Assembly: GCA_021783935.1 (NCBI GenBank)
Contig: JAJXTK010000001.1
Span: 1-39,470 of the forward strand
Length of the DNA stretch: 39,470 bases
DNA from: Myxococcales bacterium
GTDB lineage: Bacteria > Myxococcota_A > Polyangia > Polyangiales > JADJMO01
Direction of reading: 5' to 3'
How positions within the stretch are numbered: the stretch's first letter is position 1; the number at the start of each line of letters is the position of its first letter. This document shows, one piece after another, positions 8,139 through 18,784 of the stretch. The notes under the pieces were generated by a model, which did not search any database, was not told where the DNA came from, and saw only the letters and a list, made by a program, of their open reading frames with translations. Made by a program: the position numbers and the translations under genes.

Positions 8139-8513
8139 TCAGTAGCGCTCGCGACGACCGCCACCCGAGCGGCCACCACCCGAGCGACCGCCGCCACCAC
8201 CACCGCCGCCGAAGCCGCCGCCACCACCACCGCCGCCGAAGCCGCCGCCGCCGCCGCGAGGCGCGCGCTCCTCGGCCTCGTTGACGCGAAGCGGGCGGCC
8301 GTCGAGCAGCGCGCCGTTCATCTCCGAGATGGCCGCGCGGGCCTGCTCGGCGGTCGCGAGCGTGACGAAGCCGAAGCCGCGCGACTGACCCGAATCGCGA
8401 TCGGTGACGACGTGGACGTCGGTCACCTCGCGCCCGTTGGTCGCGAAGGCGGCGAGGAGCGAGTCCTTGGTGGTGTTGAACGAGAGGTTACCGACGTAGA
8501 GGCGAGTGCTCAT
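8139..8513 (-). CDS. RRM-type RNA-binding protein with Gly/Arg-rich C-terminal tail
   Basis: MSTRLYVGNLSFNTT (RNP2) and SRGFGFVTL (RNP1), then GGGGGFGGGGGGGGFGGGGGGGGRSGGGRSGGGRRERY. ATG 8513. Confidence 0.9.
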   Translation of the reverse strand: MSTRLYVGNLSFNTTKDSLLAAFATNGREVTDVHVVTDRDSGQSRGFGFVTLATAEQARAAISEMNGALLDGRPLRVNEAEERAPRGGGGGFGGGGGGGGFGGGGGGGGRSGGGRSGGGRRERY

Positions 8514-8792
8514 GATGTTCTCTTCTTCGCGGCTCGAGGGCGGACGTAACTCGTTCGCGGGTGACCGGCCGTCCAAGTGAGCCGCTACTTGGACAGGGCG
8601 CCGAGGCGAGATCGCCGCGGCCCCACTCGCGTCGTCGAGAAACCGAACCCAGTCCGCGATCCCAGAGAAAAGAGAGCGCGCCAGATGCCGAGTACCAGAC
8701 TTCGTTCGTGAGCGATCGTACGCTAGCGCATCGAGCGCCAGGCGCCACCGAGATCGTCTCGGCGGCGTACGAATTCTCCGACGCGAGCGCGG

Positions 8793-8981
8793 CTACTGGT
8801 CGTCCGCGGGGGGCTGGGGCCCCGGGACGATGTCGGCGATGTCGGGGTCGACGCCCTCCTCGCCGCTGGGCCGGGTGGCCTTCTCCGTCTTGCGACGGAC
8901 GCGGTCGTCGGCCTTCTCCTTGGCGCGCTCCTGACGCGCCTTCTCTTTTTCGCGCTTTCGAAAGGTCGTGCTTCCGGCCAT
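8793..8981 (-). CDS. small (62 aa) highly charged hypothetical protein
   Basis: MAGSTTFRKREKEKARQERAKEKADDRVRRKTEKATRPSGEEGVDPDIADIVPGPQPPADDQ. A strong GAGGAG Shine-Dalgarno sits 3 nt before ATG 8981. It begins 17 nt after the helicase stop. Confidence 0.55.
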   Translation of the reverse strand: MAGSTTFRKREKEKARQERAKEKADDRVRRKTEKATRPSGEEGVDPDIADIVPGPQPPADDQ

Positions 8982-8998
8982 CGTCTCCTCGCTCGGGC

Positions 8999-10300
<1,302 letters not shown>

Positions 10301-10823
10301 AGAGACTCTCGCGCGGCGGGGGAGGCGCGTGCTGCGCATCGGCGGAGCGGTCGACGAAGGGCCGCACCCTCGCGGAACCGTGCAGCGAAGAGCCGCTGCG
10401 AGCTCGTCACCCGATGACCTTCCGCCGACGCGACGCGAGAACCTCGTCGAAGAGCGAGCAGTACAGCCGAACCGAGAAACGCGACCGGGGAGCCTGACGC
10501 CTCCCAAGCCGGGGCGGAGCCTCGCACGCGCCGCGTCGCAGTGCAAACCGGCCCCCGCGCGGAGTCGAGCAATCGAGCCCCGAACGCTCGTCGCGGGCGC
10601 AGCCATGGACGGCGCCGCGACGGCGGGCCGGGGACGACGGTCACACCGCCCCTCGGGCGCCCCACCCGCTGGTGCCCGGCGCCGACGGTCAACGCAGCGA
10701 CCGCGCAGTGCGAGCGCGGCGGTTTGAAGGCAGAGGCGAAGCCGCCGCCCCCGACGTGGGCGTGAGCGCGGAGCGCCGTCGCGATCGGCCGCCGACCAAG
10801 GCACGGACTTCCCTCGCGAAGGA

Positions 10824-11321
10824 CTAGAGAAGCCTGAAGGTGTCCCCTTTGGCGCCGCAGATGGGGCACTTCGCGGGCGGATCGCCGGCCTCGATGTAGC
10901 CGCAGTACGGGCAGAGGTGGAAGCGCGTCTCGGTGAGATCCTTGCCAGCCTGCGCCGCCTCGAGCGCCTTGGCGTACAGCTCGGCGTGCACCTTCTCGGC
11001 CTTGAGCGCCAAGCCGAACATCCGCTTGGCCTTGTGCCCCTCGGCCTCCGCCTGCGCGAGCATCGGCGGGTACATCTTCTCGTGCTCGTACGTCTCCCCC
11101 TCCACCGCGGCCTTGAGGTTGGCGACCGTCTTGCCGACCCCGTCCATCGCCTGCAGGTGCCCGAGGGCGTGGATCGTCTCGGCCTCCGCCGCCGTGCGGA
11201 AGAGCCTCGCGATGTTGTGCAGACCTTCCTTCTCGGCCTGCATCGCGAACGCGAGGTACTTGCGGTTCGCCTGGCTCTCGCCCGCGAAGGCCTCTTTGAG
11301 ATTGTCGTGTGTCGTCGCCAT
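10824..11321 (-). CDS. rbr: rubrerythrin
   Basis: MATTHDNLKEAFAGESQANRKYLAFAMQAEKEG... with diiron ExxH-type helices (EAETIHALGH, EGETYEHEKMY). C-terminal rubredoxin-like CPYCG...CPICG. GGAGAG RBS before ATG 11321. Confidence 0.9.
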   Translation of the reverse strand: MATTHDNLKEAFAGESQANRKYLAFAMQAEKEGLHNIARLFRTAAEAETIHALGHLQAMDGVGKTVANLKAAVEGETYEHEKMYPPMLAQAEAEGHKAKRMFGLALKAEKVHAELYAKALEAAQAGKDLTETRFHLCPYCGYIEAGDPPAKCPICGAKGDTFRLL

Positions 11322-11430
11322 CGTCGCTCTCCGTCGCTCGGGGTCCACTGCGTGGCGCTGGGATGCGCCCGCGCGCGCCGGGCATCAACGCGCACGCGCG
11401 CTCGGCCCCGCCGTCCAGCGGGCTGGCGGT

Positions 11431-13167
11431 TCACCGCCGCCCGAGCGAACCCTTGCCGAGCCTCGTTTGCAGCTTCGCGGTGAGCTCCTCGAAGGCCTTG
11501 GCGCGCATCTCCGAGTAGATCGCCCTTTCGGCCTCGCCGGGCGCCACCAGGCGCTTGCCGAGCTCGCCCAGGAGCGCCTGCGGAACCGCGTCGCCGACCG
11601 TCGCCTTCACCGTCAGCGGATCGCCGTCGCCCGGCACGACGAAGGTCGCCTCGAAGTGGAAGTCGACGCCGACGTAGACGCCGCGCGGACGCCGGCTCGC
11701 GTAGCCGGTGCCGTTCCACTCGGCTCGGTGGACGACGAAGAGCGTCGGGACGCTCGGCGTGGGCAGCGGGTCCCCTGCCGCGACGGGCGCGCCGGTCGAG
11801 GCCGAGAGGATCTCCTTCGGGAAGGAGGCGGCCAGCTCGTCGACGATCGACCTCGCGAGCGCCGCCTCGTCGGGCGCGGCCTTCGCCGGCTCGAGGTAGC
11901 GCGTCGGATACGACGTCTCGCCGTTGAAGAGCGGCAGCTTGCTCACGTACTTGTCGGCGCGCGCGAGCGACTTGGAGGGGTCATTGCGAAAGCGGATCTC
12001 GACGCGCGGATCGGCGTGCGCCTCGGCGTGGGCGAGCAGCCGCGCGAAGAACGGGATCACCGCCGCGTCCTTCGCGCTGGCGGCCCTCTCGAACGCGGCG
12101 AGCGCGGCCTGGTAGACGCGATGCCGCGCGGCGGCGAGCTCCCGGCTCAAGCCGTGCCCGGGACGGCGCTGATCGAAGGCGCGCAGCGCCGCGAGCGTGC
12201 CCGCCTTCTTCGCCTCCTCGAGCTCCGCGAGGAGCGCCCGGCGAAGCGCGGCGTCGACGTCGCTCTGGATGGCCGACGACGGGTGCGCCGCCTCGTACGC
12301 GAGCAGCGCGTCGACGGTCCCCGCCTCCTCGGCGACCCTCAGCTCCGCCCGCGGCAACAGCTCCCTCTGCACCTCGTCCCGGTGGCGCGCGCCGCGCGCG
12401 AGGTAGGCCCGATAGCCCGTGACGTCGTCGCGCCCCTTCGCGATCGTGAAGGCCCGTTCGTCGCTCGCGGCGTTGCGCGCGAAGAACGACGCCGGTCCGA
12501 GCGACAGCGCCGCCACGCCGGCGACCGCATACGCGATCCACGTCGCCCGAACCCTCCCGCGCGCGCGCGGCTCGGTGGACGCGAAGGGGCTCACGATGCG
12601 GGGCTCGGCGAGCGAATCGCGCGCGGGGTCGGCCTCGCGAGGCCAGCTGCGCCGCGCCTCCTCGATCGCGTCGCGCGCCGCCGACGCTGCGGGCTCTTCG
12701 CTCGGGAACGCGTACACCGCGTCCTCGTAGACCAGCCGCACCGCGCCGCCCGACGCCTCGACCCTCGCGAGCTCGGCGACCTCTCGGACACGCAGCACGT
12801 GGATGCGCGCGTCGACGAGCGCGTCGGGGAACGCGTAGATCCCGGCCCTCCACGGCAGCCGCGCGATCTCCCAGGCCCGCCCGAGCGCGTGCGCCGCGCC
12901 GCCGACGACCAGCGCGACGAGCACGATCCAGAGCGCGACCAGCCCCGCGCCGTAGACGACCGCGCCGCTCGACGCCTCGCCGAACCCATGGCGCCAGGCG
13001 ATCGCGAGGGCGAGGGCCGCGACCGCGGCGACGCCCCACCCGATGCGGTGCGAGGTCGGACCACCGCGCCGGACGAGCACCGGCGCCGGCGGCTGCGTGC
13101 CCGTGGTCGCGTCGACGAAGTGATCCTGGGCGGCGCGCGAGAGCTGGAAGAAGTCCGCCGTGCGCAT
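11431..13167 (-). CDS. hypothetical membrane protein (about 3 TM segments)
   Basis: 578-aa non-repetitive ORF with hydrophobic segments (IGWGVAAVAALALAIAW, VVYGAGLVALWIVLVALVVGGAA, WIAYAVAGVAALSLGPA). ATG start. No family recognised. Confidence 0.7.
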   Translation of the reverse strand: MRTADFFQLSRAAQDHFVDATTGTQPPAPVLVRRGGPTSHRIGWGVAAVAALALAIAWRHGFGEASSGAVVYGAGLVALWIVLVALVVGGAAHALGRAWEIARLPWRAGIYAFPDALVDARIHVLRVREVAELARVEASGGAVRLVYEDAVYAFPSEEPAASAARDAIEEARRSWPREADPARDSLAEPRIVSPFASTEPRARGRVRATWIAYAVAGVAALSLGPASFFARNAASDERAFTIAKGRDDVTGYRAYLARGARHRDEVQRELLPRAELRVAEEAGTVDALLAYEAAHPSSAIQSDVDAALRRALLAELEEAKKAGTLAALRAFDQRRPGHGLSRELAAARHRVYQAALAAFERAASAKDAAVIPFFARLLAHAEAHADPRVEIRFRNDPSKSLARADKYVSKLPLFNGETSYPTRYLEPAKAAPDEAALARSIVDELAASFPKEILSASTGAPVAAGDPLPTPSVPTLFVVHRAEWNGTGYASRRPRGVYVGVDFHFEATFVVPGDGDPLTVKATVGDAVPQALLGELGKRLVAPGEAERAIYSEMRAKAFEELTAKLQTRLGKGSLGRR

Positions 13168-13335
13168 GCGGCGCAGGGTACGTGCCGCGCGAGCTCGCGA
13201 CCAGACGTCGCAGGCGATTCGCGCCGCGGAGCCGCGTTGCGCCTCGGCAAGGTCGCGGCGCAGCGGCGCCGATCGGGCCGCGCCGCCTCGCCGCGCGGGC
13301 GCCTTCGGCCGAGCGCGGCCGGTGAACGACCTTGG

Positions 13336-13992
13336 TCACTGCACGCCGTGAACCATCGGCACGAAGACCACGTCCGCGAGGAAGTCCTCCTCGACGCCGA
13401 GCGGGGTGCGACGCAGGCGCACGAGCCGCTGGTAGTAGTACGCGCCGATCGGCGCGACCAAGATGCCGCCGGGCGCGAGCTGCTCGACGAGCGCCGCCGG
13501 CACCCGCTGCGGAGCGGCCGTGACGATCACCCGATCGAACGGCGCGCGTTGCGGCCACCCCTGGTAGCCGTCGCCGACGCGCACCTCCACGTTCGCGTAG
13601 CCGAGCCCCGCGAGCCGCCGCGCCGCGGCCGTCCCGAGCTCGGGCACGACCTCCACCGTGAAGACCTGCGAAACGAGGCGCGAGAGGATCGCCGCCTGGT
13701 AGCCCGACCCGGTGCCGATCTCGAGCACGCGATCGGTCGGCCGCAGCTCGAGGGCCTCGGTCATCAGCGCGATCACCGTCGGCTGCGAGATCGTCTGCCC
13801 CGCGCCGATCGGCAAGGGGTGGTCGTGGTAGGCGTCGTCGACCAGGGCGCGCGGGACGAAGAGGTGGCGCGGCACCTCGCGGAAGGCCGCGACGATCGCC
13901 GGCGTGCGCAGCTCGCCGCGCGCGACGAGGTCGTCGACCAGCGCCTCGTGTCTCTGCTCTTCACCGCCCCGATCCAAGCCCGGCGTCTCCAT
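13336..13992 (-). CDS. pcm: protein-L-isoaspartate O-methyltransferase
   Basis: VPRHLFVP, GQTISQPTVIALMTEAL, SAM motif VLEIGTGSGYQAAIL and DRVIVTAA, matching the Pcm family layout. Confidence 0.92.
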   Translation of the reverse strand: METPGLDRGGEEQRHEALVDDLVARGELRTPAIVAAFREVPRHLFVPRALVDDAYHDHPLPIGAGQTISQPTVIALMTEALELRPTDRVLEIGTGSGYQAAILSRLVSQVFTVEVVPELGTAAARRLAGLGYANVEVRVGDGYQGWPQRAPFDRVIVTAAPQRVPAALVEQLAPGGILVAPIGAYYYQRLVRLRRTPLGVEEDFLADVVFVPMVHGVQ

Positions 13993-14022
13993 GCGAGCCC
14001 CTGCGACGGCGCCGCGGCGCCC

Positions 14023-14613
14023 TCAGAAGTGGCCACCGAAGCCGAGGCTGCCGACCACGGCGTCGGTCTTGAACGCGAGCGTCTCGAAGCGGACGAGCGG
14101 CAGCACGCTCAGATCGCGATAGTGGATCAAGAGGCCGCCCGCGATGGAGGCCGACCCTTCGACGTTCGCGCTGGAGCCCGCGCACCCGGAGGTGTCGCCC
14201 AAGCCGCACGAGCCGCCGCCGGTCGGGCGCGTGACGTACGCCACGCCGAGGCCGCCCGACACGAAGGCGAACACCCGCCCCGCGACGCGGACGCGCCCCG
14301 CGAGGGTCGGCTCCGCGAGCACCGCTCCCCTCGCGCGGCTGGAGCTCATCGGATCGCTGCCGACCGACGCGTGCACGCCGATCCCGAGCGCGGGGAGCGC
14401 CCAGTACAGCGCGTCGACGTTCATGCGCGCCGAGGTCCCCTTGGCGTCGCTCGATCCCAGCGCGGCCCCGGCGACCACGTCGCCGCGCTCTAGATCGGGG
14501 GCGCCTCGCGCGCCCGCCTCGCCTCGGGGGCCGACGTCCTCGCCCCGCACGACGCGCGGCGCGGCCGCGAAGAGCACGGCGGTCGCAGCGATGAGTCCCC
14601 ATCGGATCTTCAC
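14023..14613 (-). CDS. secreted protein, probable small outer-membrane beta-barrel
   Basis: GTG 14613 is preceded by AGGAGGA and gives VKIRWGLIAATAVLFAAAPRVVRG (signal peptide). The sequence is Gly/Ala/Ser-rich with alternating pattern and ends in a C-terminal Phe (LGFGGHF). Confidence 0.55.
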   Translation of the reverse strand: MKIRWGLIAATAVLFAAAPRVVRGEDVGPRGEAGARGAPDLERGDVVAGAALGSSDAKGTSARMNVDALYWALPALGIGVHASVGSDPMSSSRARGAVLAEPTLAGRVRVAGRVFAFVSGGLGVAYVTRPTGGGSCGLGDTSGCAGSSANVEGSASIAGGLLIHYRDLSVLPLVRFETLAFKTDAVVGSLGFGGHF

Positions 14614-14882
14614 GCGTTCCTCCTGGGCAGCGCCGTCGGACGGCGGCGGGCTCATCCCTCGGCCGGTGCATCGGCTGTGCGCGCGAGGGGCCGTCCGCGC
14701 GTGCACGCTCGACGCGACGATCCGCGGCGGGAGCAGGTGAGGCTGCACTCGCGTTCGATCAGGCCGAGCGATCGCCGAGGCTGGCCTCCCGACCAGGCCG
14801 CGAACCCACCTCCTGCGCCGTGGCTCCCACCGGCTGAAGCCCGGCCCGTTCGCCCAGGTCGGCCCCCCGGCGGAGCCCTCGG

Positions 14883-15671
14883 ATGTGTCGCCTGCTCGGC
14901 ATCGTCACCGCGTCTCCCTACGAATTCGGCCTCGTGTTGCGCGAGGCGCCGCGCAGCATGGCGGTCCTGTCGCGCGAGCACCGCGACGGCTGGGGGATCG
15001 CGACCCACGCGGGCATGCGCGGCTACGGCTGGGAGCTGCATCGCAGCGTCCGAACCGCCGACGACGACCCCGCGTTCGCCAAGCAGGCCGAAGGGGCCCG
15101 CGGCCGCGTGATCATCGCGCATGTGCGCCAGCGCACGGTCGGGGCCCTGTCGCTAGCGAACACGCACCCGTTCCGGCAAGGGGACTGGGTCTTCGCGCAC
15201 AACGGCACGGTCAAGGACGTGGGCTACGTCGCCGCGCACGCCTCGCCCGAGCGGCTCTCCGAGCGGGCGGGGGACACCGACAGCGAGCTGTTCTTCGCCT
15301 TCCTGTTGACGCGCCTCGACGAGGCCGACGTCTCCCAAGAGCCGGCGTCGCGGCGCACCGACGACGTCATACGGCGCGCGGTCCTCGAGGTGACGGCGCG
15401 CCCCGACTTCGGTTCACTCAACTTCCTGCTGTCGAACGGCACCTCGCTCTACACGAGCCGCTTCGGCAGGCCGTTGCACCTGCTCGAGCGAAGCCCGGCC
15501 GTCGGCGGCGAGCTCGACGGCGCGCTCAGCGGGCCGGTGCCGATCGACCAGCGACGGTGCGTTGCGGTGGCCTCCGAGCCGTTGACCGACGAGCCCTGGA
15601 CGCCGATCGAGCAGGGGGCGCTCTTGCGACTCGAGGTCGGGCGGACCCCGCACTGGGTCACGATCGACTGA
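14883..15671 (+). CDS. class II (Ntn) glutamine amidotransferase family protein
   Basis: MCRLLG N-terminal nucleophile Cys, HRDGWGIA, HVRQRTVGALSLANTHPF and FAHNGTV. Confidence 0.85.
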   Translation: MCRLLGIVTASPYEFGLVLREAPRSMAVLSREHRDGWGIATHAGMRGYGWELHRSVRTADDDPAFAKQAEGARGRVIIAHVRQRTVGALSLANTHPFRQGDWVFAHNGTVKDVGYVAAHASPERLSERAGDTDSELFFAFLLTRLDEADVSQEPASRRTDDVIRRAVLEVTARPDFGSLNFLLSNGTSLYTSRFGRPLHLLERSPAVGGELDGALSGPVPIDQRRCVAVASEPLTDEPWTPIEQGALLRLEVGRTPHWVTID

Positions 15672-15677
15672 GCGCGT

Positions 15678-16088
15678 TCAGCCGTGCGACCTGCGCATCA
15701 TCGTCAGCATGCGGAGGTTGACGAGGACGAAGCGCAAGAGCTGATGGCGGTTGAACCTCCGCTGCAAGAGCACCCACGGCGTCGGCTTCATCGAGTGCTT
15801 GAGGGCCTCGGTCGGCCTCGTGGCGTGCGAGCCCTGCTCGATGAGATCGACGATCGGCAGCGCGACGGTGCGCCCCATCACGCCGGAAGGCATGCCCGTG
15901 CGCGGCGGCGCGGGCGCGACCAGCGTGCCGCTCTTGGTCGTGCGCGGTCGCGAGATCGCGTGCGTCGGCGCGAAGGCGATGCCGGCGGCGAACGTGTTCG
16001 GCTACCTCGGCGAGCGGTAGGTCTTCGGCCAGTCCTCGGCGCGCCGCAGCTCGTAGGGCCTCGGCGTGTAGTCGCCGTCGACCTTCAT
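15678..16088 (-). pseudogene. disrupted ORF (in-frame TAG at 16002-16004), unknown family
   Basis: GC3 is high in one minus frame from ATG 16088 (MKVDGDYTPRPYELRRAEDWPKTYRSPR) across a TAG. It continues into ...PIVDLIEQGSHATRPTEALKHSMKPTPWVLLQRRFNRHQLLRFVLVNLRMLTMMRRSHG. Only the last 71 aa form an intact ORF (15678..15893). Confidence 0.35.
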
Positions 16089-16185
16089 GAAGCCGCTGGC
16101 CGCGAAGAGCTCCGCGGTGACCTCGCTCCCCTCGGCGCGGAGGCCTCGTGGGCGGCGCCGCGGAACGGCGGCAGCAGCATCGCGC

Positions 16186-17181
16186 TCAGCGGATCACGCC
16201 GAGCTCGATCGCCGCGAGGCTCGCGCTCGCGAGCACGACCCAGAGCGTCAGCGCCTGCACGAAGGCGCGCACGCCGAGCTCACGCAGGCCGTCGCGCGAG
16301 AGGCCGAGCCCCACGAGGAACAGCGTGACGGCGAGCGCCCGCTGCGCGCCCGAGGCGACGAGGTGCCCCGCCGGCTGCAGCGCCGGGACGTAGGTCACGA
16401 TCGCCGCGGCGAGCACGAACGCAGCGATGAACCACGGCCGCTTGGTCTTCGCCTGCCCGACGGAGGGCTCGCGCCTGGTGCGCAGCGCCGAGACGGCGAG
16501 CGTGACCGGCACGATCCAGAGCGCGCGCGCGAGCTTCGCAGCCGTCGCGACATCGAGGGCCTCGCGGCCGTACGACGCGGCGGCGCCGACCACCGAGCTC
16601 GTGTCGTGGATGGCGAGCGCGGCCCAGAGCCCGAAGGGGTGCTGACCGAGGTGCAGCGCGTGCCCGATCGCCGGGAAGGCGAAGAGCGCGACGGCGTTGA
16701 GGAGGAAGACGACGACGATCGCCGCCGAGACGTCGCGGGCCTTGGCGCCGATGACCGGCGCGACGGCCGCGATGGCGCTGCCGCCGCAGATCGCGGTCCC
16801 GACCGACAACAGCAGCGAGGTGTCGCGCGCGACGCCGAGCCGACGGCCGAGCAGGTTGCCGAGCAGCAGCGCGATGGAGATGCCGGCCGCCGTGTAGCCG
16901 AGGCCGCTGAGGCCGACGCGCGCGACGACCCGCAGGTTCATGCCGGCGCCGAGCGCGACGACCGAGGCCGAGAGCAGCCTGTGCGCGAGGCCCGGCGTGC
17001 GCTTCGCCCACGGGTTGCCGAGCGACAGGCCGATCGCGGCGCCGAGCAGCAGGGCCGCGCCGGCGGAGATCGGCAGCGCGATCGGCGCGAGGGCGCCGAG
17101 CACGACGAGGGTCTTCGCGATGGTGACCTTGCCCCCCGCGTCCTGCGTGGCGCTCGCGGGCGCCGCCGTGGCGTTCGTCAT
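16186..17181 (-). CDS. YeiH/UPF0324 family putative sulfate exporter membrane protein
   Basis: Polytopic protein with typical YeiH segments (SVGTAICGGSAIAAVAP, AIHDTSSVVGAA) and the classic divergent LysR partner. ATG 17181 is preferred over 17259, which would leave no intergenic space. Confidence 0.85.
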   Translation of the reverse strand: MTNATAAPASATQDAGGKVTIAKTLVVLGALAPIALPISAGAALLLGAAIGLSLGNPWAKRTPGLAHRLLSASVVALGAGMNLRVVARVGLSGLGYTAAGISIALLLGNLLGRRLGVARDTSLLLSVGTAICGGSAIAAVAPVIGAKARDVSAAIVVVFLLNAVALFAFPAIGHALHLGQHPFGLWAALAIHDTSSVVGAAASYGREALDVATAAKLARALWIVPVTLAVSALRTRREPSVGQAKTKRPWFIAAFVLAAAIVTYVPALQPAGHLVASGAQRALAVTLFLVGLGLSRDGLRELGVRAFVQALTLWVVLASASLAAIELGVIR

Positions 17182-17205
17182 GGCGTGAGAAGCTGATGCC
17201 TGGCC

Positions 17206-17224
17206 ATCGGATTTGGAAGTCGAT
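17206..17224. promoter_or_regulatory. candidate LysR-type box ATCG-N11-CGAT in the YeiH/LysR divergent intergenic region
   Basis: Read directly: ATCGGATTTGGAAGTCGAT, a dyad with an 11-nt spacer (the T-N11-A class). It lies in the 80-nt, relatively AT-rich gap 17182-17261. Confidence 0.25.
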
Positions 17225-17261
17225 TCATTCGATGAGCCATCGGCTATGCTGATGGCCACCC

Positions 17262-18170
17262 ATGCTCCCCGAGCGCATCGATCCGCGCCTCTTGCCGACC
17301 TTCCTCGCCGTGCACGAGAGCGGGCGCGTGTCGGCCGCGGCGCGCGCGCTGCACCTCTCGCAGCCCGCCGTCACCGCGCAGATCCGCAGGCTCGAGGACG
17401 AGCTCGGCGTCGCGCTCTTCGTGCGCTCGCCCGCGGGGGTCACGCCGACGGCCGCCGGCGAGCGCCTCGCCGGTTACGCCCGGAAGGTGCAGGCGCTGCT
17501 CGCCGAGGCGGCGACCTCGGTCGCGGGGGCGAAGGAGCCGACGGGCGAGCTCGCGCTGGCTGCGAGCACGACGATCGCGGCCTACGTGCTGCCGCCGGTG
17601 CTCGCGCGCTTTCGCGCCGCGCACCCCGGGGTCCGGCTACGGCTCGACGTCGGCAACACCGAGGAGGTGCTCGCGCTCGTCAAGGCGGGACGCGTGCCGA
17701 TCGGCCTGGTCGAGGGGCACGCGCGCGCCTCGGGGGTGCACCTCGAGCCGTACGCCGACGACGAGATCGTCGCGGTGACGGCGGCGACCGGCGCGACGCC
17801 GCGGGTGCGACGAGCGAGCGATCTCGCGCGCGTGCCGATCCTCTGGCGCGAGCCGGGCTCCGGCACGCGCGCGGTGGTCGAGCGCGCGCTTCGGCGCGCC
17901 GGGATCCGCCGCGGGCCGCTGCCGATCGATCTCGAGATCGGCGGCACCGAGCCGATCCTCGGCGCGGCGGCGGCGGGGCTCGGCGTCGCCTTCGCCTCGC
18001 GCTGGGCGATCCAGTCGCACGTCGCGGCGGGGCGGCTCGCGCCGATCCCCGCGCTCGATCTCGTCATCCGCCGCACCTTCCGGTGGGCCACCGCGGCGGG
18101 CGCGCTGTCGGGCGCCGCGCGCGCCTTCCAGGACTTCGCGCGCCGACACCCGCCGCTGCTCACCGGGTGA
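17262..18170 (+). CDS. LysR family transcriptional regulator
   Basis: N-terminal HTH LPTFLAVHESGRVSAAARALHLSQPAVTAQIRRLEDELGVALFVR plus a C-terminal substrate-binding domain. Divergent from the YeiH-type transporter. Confidence 0.9.
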   Translation: MLPERIDPRLLPTFLAVHESGRVSAAARALHLSQPAVTAQIRRLEDELGVALFVRSPAGVTPTAAGERLAGYARKVQALLAEAATSVAGAKEPTGELALAASTTIAAYVLPPVLARFRAAHPGVRLRLDVGNTEEVLALVKAGRVPIGLVEGHARASGVHLEPYADDEIVAVTAATGATPRVRRASDLARVPILWREPGSGTRAVVERALRRAGIRRGPLPIDLEIGGTEPILGAAAAGLGVAFASRWAIQSHVAAGRLAPIPALDLVIRRTFRWATAAGALSGAARAFQDFARRHPPLLTG

Positions 18171-18185
18171 GCGCGCCACGCACGA

Positions 18186-18695
18186 TCAGCCGTCGAGCCG
18201 GCGCAGCTCGTCGTCGAGGCGGGCGTCGTAGTCGTCGCCCGCGGCCTCGGCCGGCTCGACCACGGAGGGGGCCCCCTCGTCGCCGCGACGGGCCCAGCGC
18301 CGCAGCACCCAGAAGAGGCCGACCGCGCTCAGGAGCATCGCGCCGCCTACGAGCGCCGGCACGCGACGGAGCGGATCGCGCCCCTTGGGCATCGCGCGGA
18401 TCTGCTCGCCGAAGCGGCTCGCGAAATCGTCCTCGATGGCCTCGGCGCTCTCGCCGCGCCCGAGCCGCGTGTGGATCTCGGCGCGCAGCTGCGTGGAGAT
18501 CTCCGACTCGTGAACGTCGAGCGTCTGCGTCCAGCAGCAAGGCGCCATCAAGCGCCCCTGCAGCGCGAGCTCCGCGCCGGTCGGCGGCGTGGCGGTGCCC
18601 ACGGCCTTGGGCGCGCTCTGCGCGCTCGCCGGCGCCGCCGCGACGAGGAGCGCGACGGCGATCGCGAGGCGGGTCAGCCAGTTTCGAAGGGACAT
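18186..18695 (-). CDS. CcmH/NrfF-like cytochrome c biogenesis family protein (orphan, non-canonical Cys pair)
   Basis: ATG 18695 gives MSLRNWLTRLAIAVALLVAAAPASA (signal peptide). Then LMAPCCWTQTLDVHESEISTQLRAEI (CcmH-like core), a C-terminal TM segment (VPALVGGAMLLSAVGLFWVL) and an acidic tail. Confidence 0.7.
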   Translation of the reverse strand: MSLRNWLTRLAIAVALLVAAAPASAQSAPKAVGTATPPTGAELALQGRLMAPCCWTQTLDVHESEISTQLRAEIHTRLGRGESAEAIEDDFASRFGEQIRAMPKGRDPLRRVPALVGGAMLLSAVGLFWVLRRWARRGDEGAPSVVEPAEAAGDDYDARLDDELRRLDG

Positions 18696-18784
18696 GACGC
18701 CGATGAGAGCCCAGATTCGACCCGAAGGGTCCAAGCGTTCCCCGCCGTGCGACATTTGCACCGTCGGGCTCGCGGCGAGCATCC

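Noticed and set aside
8160-8275. Direct DNA repeats (CCGCCACCACCACCGCCGCCGAAGCCG x2) near the 3' end of the RRM gene, and GCGTCGGCC-type repeats at 35440-35600.
   Set aside because: Both are simply the coding sequence of low-complexity protein segments: the Gly/Phe-rich RNA-binding tail, and the Asp/Ala-rich linker of the lipoprotein.
10933-14493. Very long ORFs in the track: 10933..14493 (1186 aa), 23726..26650 (974 aa), 32074..34629 (851 aa), 8999..11719 (upstream part), 5256..6917 (upstream part), 25..990 and many 200-600 aa Arg/Ala/Pro/Gly-rich ORFs.
   Set aside because: They lie antisense to, or out of frame with, genes that carry clear family motifs. Their sequences are Arg/Pro/Gly/Ala low-complexity with no motifs. 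Stop codons are rare in all frames at this GC content, so ORF length is not evidence here.
17182-17261. Alternative start of the YeiH-type gene at 17259, which would leave a 2-nt gap to the divergent LysR start codon.
   Set aside because: It would leave no room for either promoter. The extra 26 residues (AISIADGSSNESTSKSDGQASASHA) are not membrane-protein-like, and the region is the most AT-rich, operator-like stretch locally. ATG 17181 is preferred.
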